64,000 nucleotides of DNA from Auanema rhodensis (lineage: Eukaryota; Animalia; Nematoda): positions 19,964,001 to 20,028,000 of the forward strand of contig OZ059898.1 of assembly GCA_964057225.1 (NCBI GenBank), given 5' to 3'. Positions 1 through 11,900 of the stretch are shown here, piece by piece. The notes beneath the pieces were generated by a model. It saw only the letters and a program-made list of their open reading frames with translations, made no database searches and was not told where the DNA came from. Within the stretch, counting starts at the first letter, position 1, and the number at the start of each line of letters is the position of its first letter. The position numbers and the translations under genes are program-made.

Positions 1-1850
1 GGACAAGGTTATTCAACGAAAAAATTGATTCTTCCGGGTGAAAATCGAGGATATAAGTGTGAACTTATATCAGTTGATATCTCAGTGCATTTTTCAGTTA
101 GCGCAAATCTGATAACACAGATCGACGCAGCTTAAAAATCCGCATCGAATGCACTATACTACATTGAGAAACGCTTGATACAAAAATTAGTTATGATCGT
201 TTGAAAAATGATGCATTAGTGTATTTTGAGTTTCCATGTACACTCAACATTGCTTCCTAAAACATTTTGACAAAAATTTTTCCGAAAAATTTCAAAATAA
301 TTTCGCAAAAAGTAGATGTTTTTAGATTTTTTGTTCAAGGCAAAGACGATGGACAAGGTTATTCAACGAAAAAATTAATTCTTCAGGGTGAAAATCGAGG
401 ATATAAGTGTGAACATATATCAGTTGATATCTCGGTGCATTTTTAAGCTAGCGCAAATCTGATAACACAGATCGATGCAGCTTAAAAATCCGCATCGAAT
501 GCACTATACTACATTGAGAAACGCTTGATACAAAAATTAGTTATGATCGTTTGAAAAATGATGCATTAGTGTATTTTGAGTTTCCATGTACACTCAACAT
601 TGCTTCCAAAAACATTTTGACAAAAATTTTTCCGAAAAATTTCAAAATAATTTCGCAAAAAGTAGATGTTTTTAGATTTTTTTTCATCAAGGCAAAGACG
701 ATGGACAATGTTATTCAACGAAAAAATTAATTCTTCAGGGTGAGAATCGAGGATATAAGTGTGAACTTATATCAGTTGATATCTCGGTGCATTTTCAAGC
801 TAGCCCAAATCTGATAACACAGATCGATGCAGCTTAAAAATCCGCATCGAATGCACTATACTACATTGAGAAACGCTTGATACAAAAATTAGTTATGATC
901 GTTTGAAAAATGATGCATTAGTGTATTTTGAGTTTCCATGTACACTCAACATTGCTTCCAAAAACATTTTGACAAAAATTTTTCCGAAAAATTTCAAAAT
1001 AATTTCGCAAAAAGTAGATGTTTTTAGATTTTTTGTTCAAGGCAAAGACGATGGACAAGGTTATTCAACGAAAAAATTGATTCTTCCGGGTGAAAATCGA
1101 GGATATAAGTGTGAACTTATATCAGTTGATATCTCAGTGCATTTTTCAGTTAGCGCAAATCTGATAACACAGATCGACGCAGCTTAAAAATCCGCATCGA
1201 ATGCACTATACTACATTGAGAAACGCTTGATACAAAAATTAGTTATGATCGTTTGAAAAATGATGCATTAGTGTATTTTGAGTTTCCATGTACACTCAAC
1301 ATTGCTTCCTAAAACATTTTGACAAAAATTTTTCCGAAAAATTTCAAAATAATTTCGCAAAAAGTAGATGTTTTTAGATTTTTTGTTCAAGGCAAAGACG
1401 ATGGACAAGGTTATTCAACGAAAAAATTAATTCTTCAGGGTGAAAATCGAGGATATAAGTGTGAACATATATCAGTTGATATCTCGGTGCATTTTTAAGC
1501 TAGCGCAAATCTGATAACACAGATCGATGCAGCTTAAAAATCCGCATCGAATGCACTATACTACATTGAGAAACGCTTGATACAAAAATTAGTTATGATC
1601 GTTTGAAAAATGATGCATTAGTGTATTTTGAGTTTCCATGTACACTCAACATTGCTTCCAAAAACATTTTGACAAAAATTTTTCCGAAAAATTTCAAAAT
1701 AATTTCGCAAAAAGTAGATGTTTTTAGATTTTTTTTCATCAAGGCAAAGACGATGGACAATGTTATTCAACGAAAAAATTAATTCTTCAGGGTGAAAATC
1801 GAGGATATAAGTGTGAACTTATATCAGTTGATATCTCGGTGCATTTTCAA
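1..1850. repeat. 3-monomer HOR, period 1052 bp (partial, at window edge)
   Basis: The private variants TCAGTTAGCG, CTTCCTAA and TTTTGTTCAAGG, together with AAAATTGATTCTTCCGGG (21 and 1073), recur at +1052. Confidence 0.85.
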
Positions 1851-3710
1851 GCTAGCGCAAATCTAATAACACAGATCGACGCAGCTTAAAAATCTGCATC
1901 GAATGCACTATACTACATTGAGAAACGCTTAATACAAAAATTAGTTATGATCGTTTGGAAAATGATGCATTAGTGTATGTTGAGTTTCCATGTACACTCA
2001 ACATTGCTTCCAAAAACATTTTGACAAAAATTTTTCCGAAAAATTTCAAAATAATTTTGCAAAAAGTAGATGTTTTTAGATTTTTTTTTTCAAGGCAAAG
2101 ACGATGGACAAGGTTATTCAACGAAAAAATTAATTCTTCAGGGTGAAAATCGAGGATATAAGTGTGAACTTATATCAGTTGATATCTCGGTGCATTTTTA
2201 AGCTAGCGCAAATCTGATAACTCAGATCGATGCAGCTTAAAAATCCGCATCGAATGCACTATACTACATTGAGAAACGCTTGATACAAAAATTAGTTATG
2301 ATCGTTTGAAAAATGATGCATTAGTGTATTTTGAGTTTCCATGTACACTCAACATTGCTTCCAAAAACATTTTGACAAAAATTTTTCCGAAAAATTTCAA
2401 AATAATTTCGCAAAAAGTAGATGTTTTTAGATTTTTTTTTTCAAGGCAAAGACGATGGACAATGTTATTCAACGAAAAAATTAATTCTTCAGGGTGAAAA
2501 TCGAGGATATAAGTGTGAACTTATATCAGTTGATATCTCGGTGCATTTTTAAGCTACCGCAAATCTGATAACACAGATCGACGCAGCTTAAAAATCCGCA
2601 TCGAATGCACTATACTACATTGAGAAACGCTTGATACAAAAATTAGTTATGATCGTTTGAAAAATGATGCATTAGTGTATTTTGAGTTTCCATGTACACT
2701 CAACATTGCTTCCAAAAACATTTTGACAAAAATTTTTCCGAAAAATTTCAAAATAATTTCGCAAAAAGTAGATGTTTTTAGATTTTTTTTCATCAAGGCA
2801 AAGACGATGGACAATGTTATTCAACGAAAAAATTAATTCTTCAGGGTGAAAATCGAGGATATAAGTGTGAACTTATATCAGTTGATATCTCGGTGCATTT
2901 TCAAGCTAGCGCAAATCTAATAACACAGATCGACGCAGCTTAAAAATCTGCATCGAATGCACTATACTACATTGAGAAACGCTTAATACAAAAATTAGTT
3001 ATGATCGTTTGGAAAATGATGCATTAGTGTATGTTGAGTTTCCATGTACACTCAACATTGCTTCCAAAAACATTTTGACAAAAATTTTTCCGAAAAATTT
3101 CAAAATAATTTTGCAAAAAGTAGATGTTTTTAGATTTTTTTTTTCAAGGCAAAGACGATGGACAAGGTTATTCAACGAAAAAATTAATTCTTCAGGGTGA
3201 AAATCGAGGATATAAGTGTGAACTTATATCAGTTGATATCTCGGTGCATTTTTAAGCTAGCGCAAATCTGATAACTCAGATCGATGCAGCTTAAAAATCC
3301 GCATCGAATGCACTATACTACATTGAGAAACGCTTGATACAAAAATTAGTTATGATCGTTTGAAAAATGATGCATTAGTGTATTTTGAGTTTCCATGTAC
3401 ACTCAACATTGCTTCCAAAAACATTTTGACAAAAATTTTTCCGAAAAATTTCAAAATAATTTCGCAAAAAGTAGATGTTTTTAGATTTTTTTTTTCAAGG
3501 CAAAGACGATGGACAATGTTATTCAACGAAAAAATTAATTCTTCAGGGTGAAAATCGAGGATATAAGTGTGAACTTATATCAGTTGATATCTCGGTGCAT
3601 TTTTAAGCTACCGCAAATCTGATAACACAGATCGACGCAGCTTAAAAATCCGCATCGAATGCACTATACTACATTGAGAAACGCTTGATACAAAAATTAG
3701 TTATGATCGT

Positions 3711-4061
3711 TTGAAAAATGATGCATTAGTGTATTTTGAGTTTCCATGTACACTCAACATTGCTTCCAAAAACATTTTGACAAAAATTTTTCCGAAAAAT
3801 TTCAAAATAATTTCGCAAAAAGTAGATGTTTTTAGATTTTTTTTTTCAAGGCAAAGACGATGGACAAGGTTATTCAACGAAAAAATTAATTCTTCAGGGT
3901 GAAAATCGAGGATATAAGTGTGAACATATATCAGTTGATATCTCGGTGCATTTTTAAGCTAGCGCAAATCTGATAACACAGATCGATGCAGCTTAAAAAT
4001 CCGCATCGAATGCACTATACTACATTGAGAAACGCTTGATACAAAAATTAGTTATGATCGT
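3711..4061 (+). repeat. Representative near-consensus 351-bp monomer (arbitrary phase)
   Basis: Starts TTGAAAAATG at 3711; the next copy starts at 4062 (351 bp later). It contains several A4-A6 tracts, a T10 tract (3837-3846), and GATATC and GCTAGC sites. Confidence 0.97.
3775..3807. other. 14-bp bulged inverted repeat in the A/T-tract segment; representative copy
   Basis: TTTTGA[caaa]AATTTTTC-c-GAAAAATTTCAAAA. Confidence 0.8.
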
Positions 4062-5115
4062 TTGAAAAATGATGCATTAGTGTATTTTGAGTTTCCATGT
4101 ACACTCAACATTGCTTCCAAAAACATTTTGACAAAAATTTTTCCGAAAAATTTCAAAATAATTTCGCAAAAAGTAGATGTTTTTAGATTTTTTTTTATCA
4201 AGGCAAAGACGATGGACAATGTTATTCAACGAAAAAATTAATTCTTCAGGGTGAAAATCGAGGATATAAGTGTGAACTTATATCAGTTGATATCTCGGTG
4301 CATTTTCAAGCTAGCGCAAATCTAATAACACAGATCGACGCAGCTTAAAAATCTGCATCGAATGCACTATACTACATTGAGAAACGCTTAATACAAAAAT
4401 TAGTTATGATCGTTTGGAAAATGATGCATTAGTGTATGTTGAGTTTCCATGTACACTCAACATTGCTTCCAAAAACATTTTGACAAAAATTTTTCCGAAA
4501 AATTTCAAAATAATTTTGCAAAAAGTAGATGTTTTTAGATTTTTTTTTTTAAGGCAAAGACGATGGACAAGGTTATTCAACGAAAAAATTAATTCTTCAG
4601 GGTGAAAATCGAGGATATAAGTGTGAACTTATATCAGTTGATATCTCGGTGCATTTTTAAGCTAGCGCAAATCTGATAACTCAGATCGATGCAGCTTAAA
4701 AATCCGCATCGAATGCACTATACTACATTGAGAAACGCTTGATACAAAAATTAGTTATGATCGTTTGAAAAATGATGCATTAGTGTATTTTGAGTTTCCA
4801 TGTACACTCAACATTGCTTCCAAAAACATTTTGACAAAAATTTTTCCGAAAAATTTCAAAATAATTTCGCAAAAAGTAGATGTTTTTAGATTTTTTTTTT
4901 CAAGGCAAAGACGATGGACAATGTTATTCAACGAAAAAATTAATTCTTCAGGGTGAAAATCGAGGATATAAGTGTGAACTTATATCAGTTGATATCTCGG
5001 TGCATTTTTAAGCTACCGCAAATCTGATAACACAGATCGACGCAGCTTAAAAATCCGCATCGAATGCACTATACTACATTGAGAAACGCTTGATACAAAA
5101 ATTAGTTATGATCGT

Positions 5116-8100
5116 TTGAAAAATGATGCATTAGTGTATTTTGAGTTTCCATGTACACTCAACATTGCTTCCAAAAACATTTTGACAAAAATTTTTCCGA
5201 AAAATTTCAAAATAATTTCGCAAAAAGTAGATGTTTTTAGATTTTTTTTTCAAGGCAAAGACGATGGACAATGTTATTCAACGAAAAAATTAATTCTTCA
5301 GGGTGAAAATCGAGGATATAAGTGTGAACATATATCAGTTGATATCTCGGTGCATTTTTAAGCTAGCGCAAATCTGATAACACAGATCGACGCAGCTTAA
5401 AAATTCGCATCGAGTGCACTATACTACATTGAGAAACGCTTGATACAAAAATTAGTTATGATCGTTTGAAAAATGATGCATTAGTGTATTTTGAGTTTCC
5501 ATGTACATTCAACATTGCTTCCAAAAACATTTTGACAAAAATTTTTCCGAAAAATTTCAAAATAATTTCGCAAAAAGTAGATGTTTTTAGATTTTTTTTT
5601 TCAAGGCAAAGACGATGGACAAGGTTATTCAACGAAAAAATTAATTCTTCAGGGTGAAAATCGAGGATATAAGTGTGAACTTATATCAGTTGATATCTCA
5701 GTGCATTTTTCAGCTAGCGCAAATCTGATAACACAGATCGACGCAGCTTAAAAATCCGCATCGAATGCACTATACTACATTGAGAAACGCTTAATACAAA
5801 AATTAGTTATGACCGTTTGAAAAATGATGCATTAGTGTATTTTGAGTTTCCATGTACACTCAACATTGCTTCCAAAAACATTTTGACAAAAATTTTTCCG
5901 AAAAATTTCAAAATAATTTCGCAAAAAGTAGATGTTTTTAGATTTTTTTTTTCAAGGCAAAGACGATGGACAATGTTATTCAACGAAAAAATTAATTCTT
6001 CAGGGTGAAAATCGAGGATATAAGTGTGAACTTATATCAGTTGATATCTCGGTGCATTTTTAAGCTACCGCAAATCTGATAACACAGATCGACGCAGCTT
6101 AAAAATCCGCATCGAATGCACTATACTACATTGAGAAACGCTTGATACAAAAATTAGTTATGATCGTTTGAAAAATGATGCATTAGTGTATTTTGAGTTT
6201 CCATGTACACTCAACATTGCTTCCAAAAACATTTTGACAAAAATTTTTCCGAAAAATTTCAAGATAATTTCGCAAAAAGTAGATGTTTTTAGATTTTTTT
6301 TTTCAAGGCAAAGACGATGGACAAGGTTATTCAACGAAAAAATTAATTCTTCAGGGTGAAAATCGAGGATATAAGTGTGAACTTATATCAGTTGATATCT
6401 CGGTGCATTTTCAAGCTAGCGCAAATCTAATAACACAGATCGACGCAGCTTAAAAATCTGCATCGAATGCACTATACTACATTGAGAAACGCTTAATACA
6501 AAAATTAGTTATGATCGTTTGGAAAATGATGCATTAGTGTATGTTGAGTTTCCATGTACACTCAACATTGCTTCCAAAAACATTTTGACAAAAATTTTTC
6601 CGAAAAATTTCAAAATAATTTTGCAAAAAGTAGATGTTTTTAGATTTTTTTTTTCAAGGCAAAGACGATGGACAAGGTTATTCAACGAAAAAATTAATTC
6701 TTCAGGGTGAAAATCGAGGATATAAGTGTGAACTTATATCAGTTGATATCTCGGTGCATTTTTCAGCTAGCGCAAATCTGATAACACAGATCGACGCAGC
6801 TTAAAAATCCGCATCGAATGCACTATACTACATTGAGAAACGCTTGATACAAAAATTAGTTATGATCGTTTGAAAAATGATGCATTAGTGTATTTTGAGT
6901 TTCCATGTACACTCAACATTGCTTCCAAAAACATTTTGACAAAAATTTTTCCGAAAAATTTCAAAATAATTTCGCAAAAAGTAGATGTTTTTAGATTTTT
7001 TTTTTCAAGGCAAAGACGATGGACAATGTTATTCAACGAAAAAATTAATTCTTCAGGGTGAAAATCGAGGATATAAGTGTGAACATATATCAGTTGATAT
7101 CTCGGTGCATTTTTAAGCTAGCGCAAATCTGATAACACAGATCGACGCAGCTTAAAAATTCGCATCGAGTGCACTATACTACATTGAGAAACGCTTGATA
7201 CAAAAATTAGTTATGATCGTTTGAAAAATGATGCATTAGTGTATTTTGAGTTTCCATGTACATTCAACATTGCTTCCAAAAACATTTTGACAAAAATTTT
7301 TCCGAAAAATTTCAAAATAATTTCGCAAAAAGTAGATGTTTTTAGATTTTTTTTTTCAAGGCAAAGACGATGGACAAGGTTATTCAACGAAAAAATTAAT
7401 TCTTCAGGGTGAAAATCGAGGATATAAGTGTGAACTTATATCAGTTGATATCTCAGTGCATTTTTCAGCTAGCGCAAATCTGATAACACAGATCGACGCA
7501 GCTTAAAAATCCGCATCGAATGCACTATACTACATTGAGAAACGCTTAATACAAAAATTAGTTATGACCGTTTGAAAAATGATGCATTAGTGTATTTTGA
7601 GTTTCCATGTACACTCAACATTGCTTCCAAAAACATTTTGACAAAAATTTTTCCGAAAAATTTCAAAATAATTTCGCAAAACGTAGATGTTTTTAGATTT
7701 TTTTTTTCAAGGCAAAGACGATGGACAATGTTATTCAACGAAAAAATTAATTCTTCAGGGTGAAAATCGAGGATATAAGTGTGAACTTATATCAGTTGAT
7801 ATCTCGGTGCATTTTTAAGCTACCGCAAATCTGATAACACAGATCGACGCAGCTTAAAAATCCGCATCGAATGCACTATACTACATTGAGAAACGCTTGA
7901 TACAAAAATTAGTTATGATCGTTTGAAAAATGATGCATTAGTGTATTTTGAGTTTCCATGTACACTCAACATTGCTTCCAAAAACATTTTGACAAAAATT
8001 TTTCCGAAAAATTTCAAAATAATTTCGCAAAAAGTAGATGTTTTTAGATTTTTTTTTTCAAGGCAAAGACGATGGACAAGGTTATTCAACGAAAAAATTA

Positions 8101-8624
8101 ATTCTTCAGGGTGAAAATCGAGGATATAAGTGTGAACTTATATCAGTTGATATCTCGGTGCATTTTCAAGCTAGCGCAAATCTAATAACACAGATCGACG
8201 CAGCTTAAAAATCTGCATCGAATGCACTATACTACATTGAGAAACGCTTAATACAAAAATTAGTTATGATCGTTTGGAAAATGATGCATTAGTGTATGTT
8301 GAGTTTCCATGTACACTCAACATTGCTTCCAAAAACATTTTGACAAAAATTTTTCCGAAAAATTTCAAAATAATTTTGCAAAAAGTAGATGTTTTTAGAT
8401 TTTTTTTTTCAAGGCAAAGACGATGGACAAGGTTATTCAACGAAAAAATTAATTCTTCAGGGTGAAAATCGAGGATATAAGTGTGAACTTATATCAGTTG
8501 ATATCTCGGTGCATTTTTAAGCTAGCGCAAATCTGATAACTCAGATCGATGCAGCTTAAAAATCCGCATCGAATGCACTATACTACATTGAGAAACGCTT
8601 GATACAAAAATTAGTTATGATCGT
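5116..8624. repeat. 5-monomer tandem duplication, period 1754-1755 bp
   Basis: The monomer series 5116/5466/5817/6168/6519 matches 6870/7221/7572/7923/8274. Shared markers are AAATTCGCATCGAGTG, GTACATTC and TATGACCG. Confidence 0.85.
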
Positions 8625-8974
8625 TTGAAAAATGATGCATTAGTGTATTTTGAGTTTCCATGTACACTCAACATTGCTTCCAAAAACATTTTGACAAAAA
8701 TTTTTCCGAAAAATTTCAAAATAATTTCGCAAAAAGTAGATGTTTTTAGATTTTTTTTTCAAGGCAAAGACGATGGACAATGTTATTCAACGAAAAAATT
8801 AATTCTTCAGGGTGAAAATCGAGGATATAAGTGTGAACTTATATCAGTTGATATCTCGGTGCATTTTTAAGCTACCGCAAATCTGATAACACAGATCGAC
8901 GCAGCTTAAAAATCCGCATCGAATGCACTATACTACATTGAGAAACGCTTGATACAAAAATTAGTTATGATCGT

Positions 8975-11900
8975 TTGAAAAATGATGCATTAGTGTATTT
9001 TGAGTTTCCATGTACACTCAACATTGCTTCCAAAAACATTTTGACAAAAATTTTTCCGAAAAATTTCAAAATAATTTCGCAAAAAGTAGATGTTTTTAGA
9101 TTTTTTTTTTCAAGGCAAAGACGATGGACAAGGTTATTCAACGAAAAAATTAATTCTTCAGGGTGAAAATCGAGGATATAAGTGTGAACATATATCAGTT
9201 GATATCTCGGTGCATTTTTAAGCTAGCGCAAATCTGATAACACAGATCGATGCAGCTTAAAAATCCGCATCGAATGCACTATACTACATTGAGAAACGCT
9301 TGATACAAAAATTAGTTATGATCGTTTGAAAAATGATGCATTAGTGTATTTTGAGTTTCCATGTACACTCAACATTGCTTCCAAAAACATTTTGACAAAA
9401 ATTTTTCCGAAAAATTTCAAAATAATTTCGCAAAAAGTAGATGTTTTTAGATTTTTTTTTATCAAGGCAAAGACGATGGACAATGTTATTCAACGAAAAA
9501 ATTAATTCTTCAGGGTGAAAATCGAGGATATAAGTGTGAACTTATATCAGTTGATATCTCGGTGCATTTTCAAGCTAGCGCAAATCTAATAACACAGATC
9601 GACGCAGCTTAAAAATCTGCATCGAATGCACTATACTACATTGAGAAACGCTTAATACAAAAATTAGTTATGATCGTTTGGAAAATGATGCATTAGTGTA
9701 TGTTGAGTTTCCATGTACACTCAACATTGCTTCCAAAAACATTTTGACAAAAATTTTTCCGAAAAATTTCAAAATAATTTTGCAAAAAGTAGATGTTTTT
9801 AGATTTTTTTTTTCAAGGCAAAGACGATGGACAAGGTTATTCAACGAAAAAATTAATTCTTCAGGGTGAAAATCGAGGATATAAGTGTGAACTTATATCA
9901 GTTGATATCTCGGTGCATTTTTAAGCTAGCGCAAATCTGATAACTCAGATCGATGCAGCTTAAAAATCCGCATCGAATGCACTATACTACATTGAGAAAC
10001 GCTTGATACAAAAATTAGTTATGATCGTTTGAAAAATGATGCATTAGTGTATTTTGAGTTTCCATGTACACTCAACATTGCTTCCAAAAACATTTTGACA
10101 AAAATTTTTCCGAAAAATTTCAAAATAATTTCGCAAAAAGTAGATGTTTTTAGATTTTTTTTTTCAAGGCAAAGACGATGGACAAGGTTATTCAACGAAA
10201 AAATTAATTCTTCACGGTGAAAATCGAGGATATAAGTGTGAACATATATCAGTTGATATCTCGGTGCATTTTTAAGCTAGCGCAAATCTGATAACACAGA
10301 TCGATGCAGCTTAAAAATCCGCATCGAATGCACTATACTACATTGAGAAACGCTTGATACAAAAATTAGTTATGATCGTTTGAAAAATGATGCATTAGTG
10401 TATTTTGAGTTTCCATGTACACTCAACATTGCTTCCAAAAACATTTTGACAAAAATTTTTCCGAAAAATTTCAAAATAATTTCGCAAAAAGTAGATGTTT
10501 TTAGATTTTTTTTTATCAAGGCAAAGACGATGGACAATGTTATTCAACGAAAAAATTAATTCTTCAGGGTGAAAATCGAGGATATAAGTGTGAACTTATA
10601 TCAGTTGATATCTCGGTGCATTTTCAAGCTAGCGCAAATCTAATAACACAGATCGACGCAGCTTAAAAATCTGCATCGAATGCACTATACTACATTAAGA
10701 AACGCTTAATACAAAAATTAGTTATGATCGTTTGGAAAATGATGCATTAGTGTATGTTGAGTTTCCATGTACACTCAACATTGCTTCCAAAAACATTTTG
10801 ACAAAAATTTTTCCGAAAAATTTCAAAATAATTTTGCAAAAAGTAGATGTTTTTAGATTTTTTTTTTCAAGGCAAAGACGATGGACAAGGTTATTCAACG
10901 AAAAAATTAATTCTTCAGGGTGAAAATCGAGGATATAAGTGTGAACTTATATCAGTTGATATCTCGGTGCATTTTTAAGCTAGCGCAAATCTGATAACTC
11001 AGATCGATGCAGCTTAAAAATCCGCATCGAATGCACTATACTACATTGAGAAACGCTTGATACAAAAATTAGTTATGATCGTTTGAAAAATGATGCATTA
11101 GTGTATTTTGAGTTTCCATGTACACTCAACATTGCTTCCAAAAACATTTTGACAAAAATTTTTCCGAAAAATTTCAAAATAATTTCGCAAAAAGTAGATG
11201 TTTTTAGATTTTTTTTTTCAAGGCAAAGACGATGGACAATGTTATTCAACGAAAAAATTAATTCTTCAGGGTGAAAATCGAGGATATAAGTGTGAACTTA
11301 TATCAGTTGATATCTCGGTGCATTTTTAAGCTACCGCAAATCTGATAACACAGATCGACGCAGCTTAACAATCCGCATCGAATGCACTATACTACATTGA
11401 GAAACGCTTGATACAAAAATTAGTTATGATCGTTTGAAAAATGATGCATTAGTGTATGTTGAGTTTCCATGTACACTCAACATTGCTTCCAAAAACATTT
11501 TGACAAAAATTTTTCCGAAAAATTTCAAAATAATTTCGCAAAAAGTAGATGTTTTTAGATTTTTTTTTTCAAGGCAAAGACGATGGACAATGTTATTCAA
11601 CGAAAAAATTAATTCTTCAGGGTGAAAATCGAGGATATAAGTGTGAACTTATATCAGTTGATATCTCGGTGCATTTTTAAGCTAGCGCAAATCTGATAAC
11701 ACAGATCGACGCAGCTTAAAAATTCGCATCGAGTGCACTATACTACATTGAGAAACGCTTGATACAAAAATTAGTTATGATCGTTTGAAAAATGATGCAT
11801 TAGTGTATTTTGAGTTTCCATGTACATTCAACATTGCTTCCAAAAACATTTTGACAAAAATTTTTCCGAAAAATTTCAAAATAATTTCGCAAAAAGTAGA

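Larger units (their letters stand above)
1603..5115. repeat. 3-mer (1054 bp) and 4-mer (1405 bp) HORs
   Basis: The TTGGAAAATG/GTATGTTGAG monomer occurs at 1955, 3009 and 4414. Each is preceded by a 352-bp TTTT(C/T)ATCAAGG monomer and followed by a GCTACCGC monomer. Confidence 0.8.

Noticed and set aside
3811-3827. CENP-B box-like motif (TTCGCAAAAAGTAGA)
   Set aside because: It matches only TTCG....A; the required CGGG half of NTTCGNNNNANNCGGGN is absent.
3768-3846. Helically phased A-tracts implying strong intrinsic curvature
   Set aside because: A-tract starts are spaced about 14, 13, 9 and 13 bp rather than ~10.5 bp, so curvature cannot be claimed without modelling.
5242-5250. Isolated T9 versus T10 tract variants (monomers 5116, 8625, 37742, 38443) as phase-variation switches
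   Set aside because: There is no gene to switch. Singletons not shared by HOR sister copies are best explained by slippage or homopolymer sequencing error.
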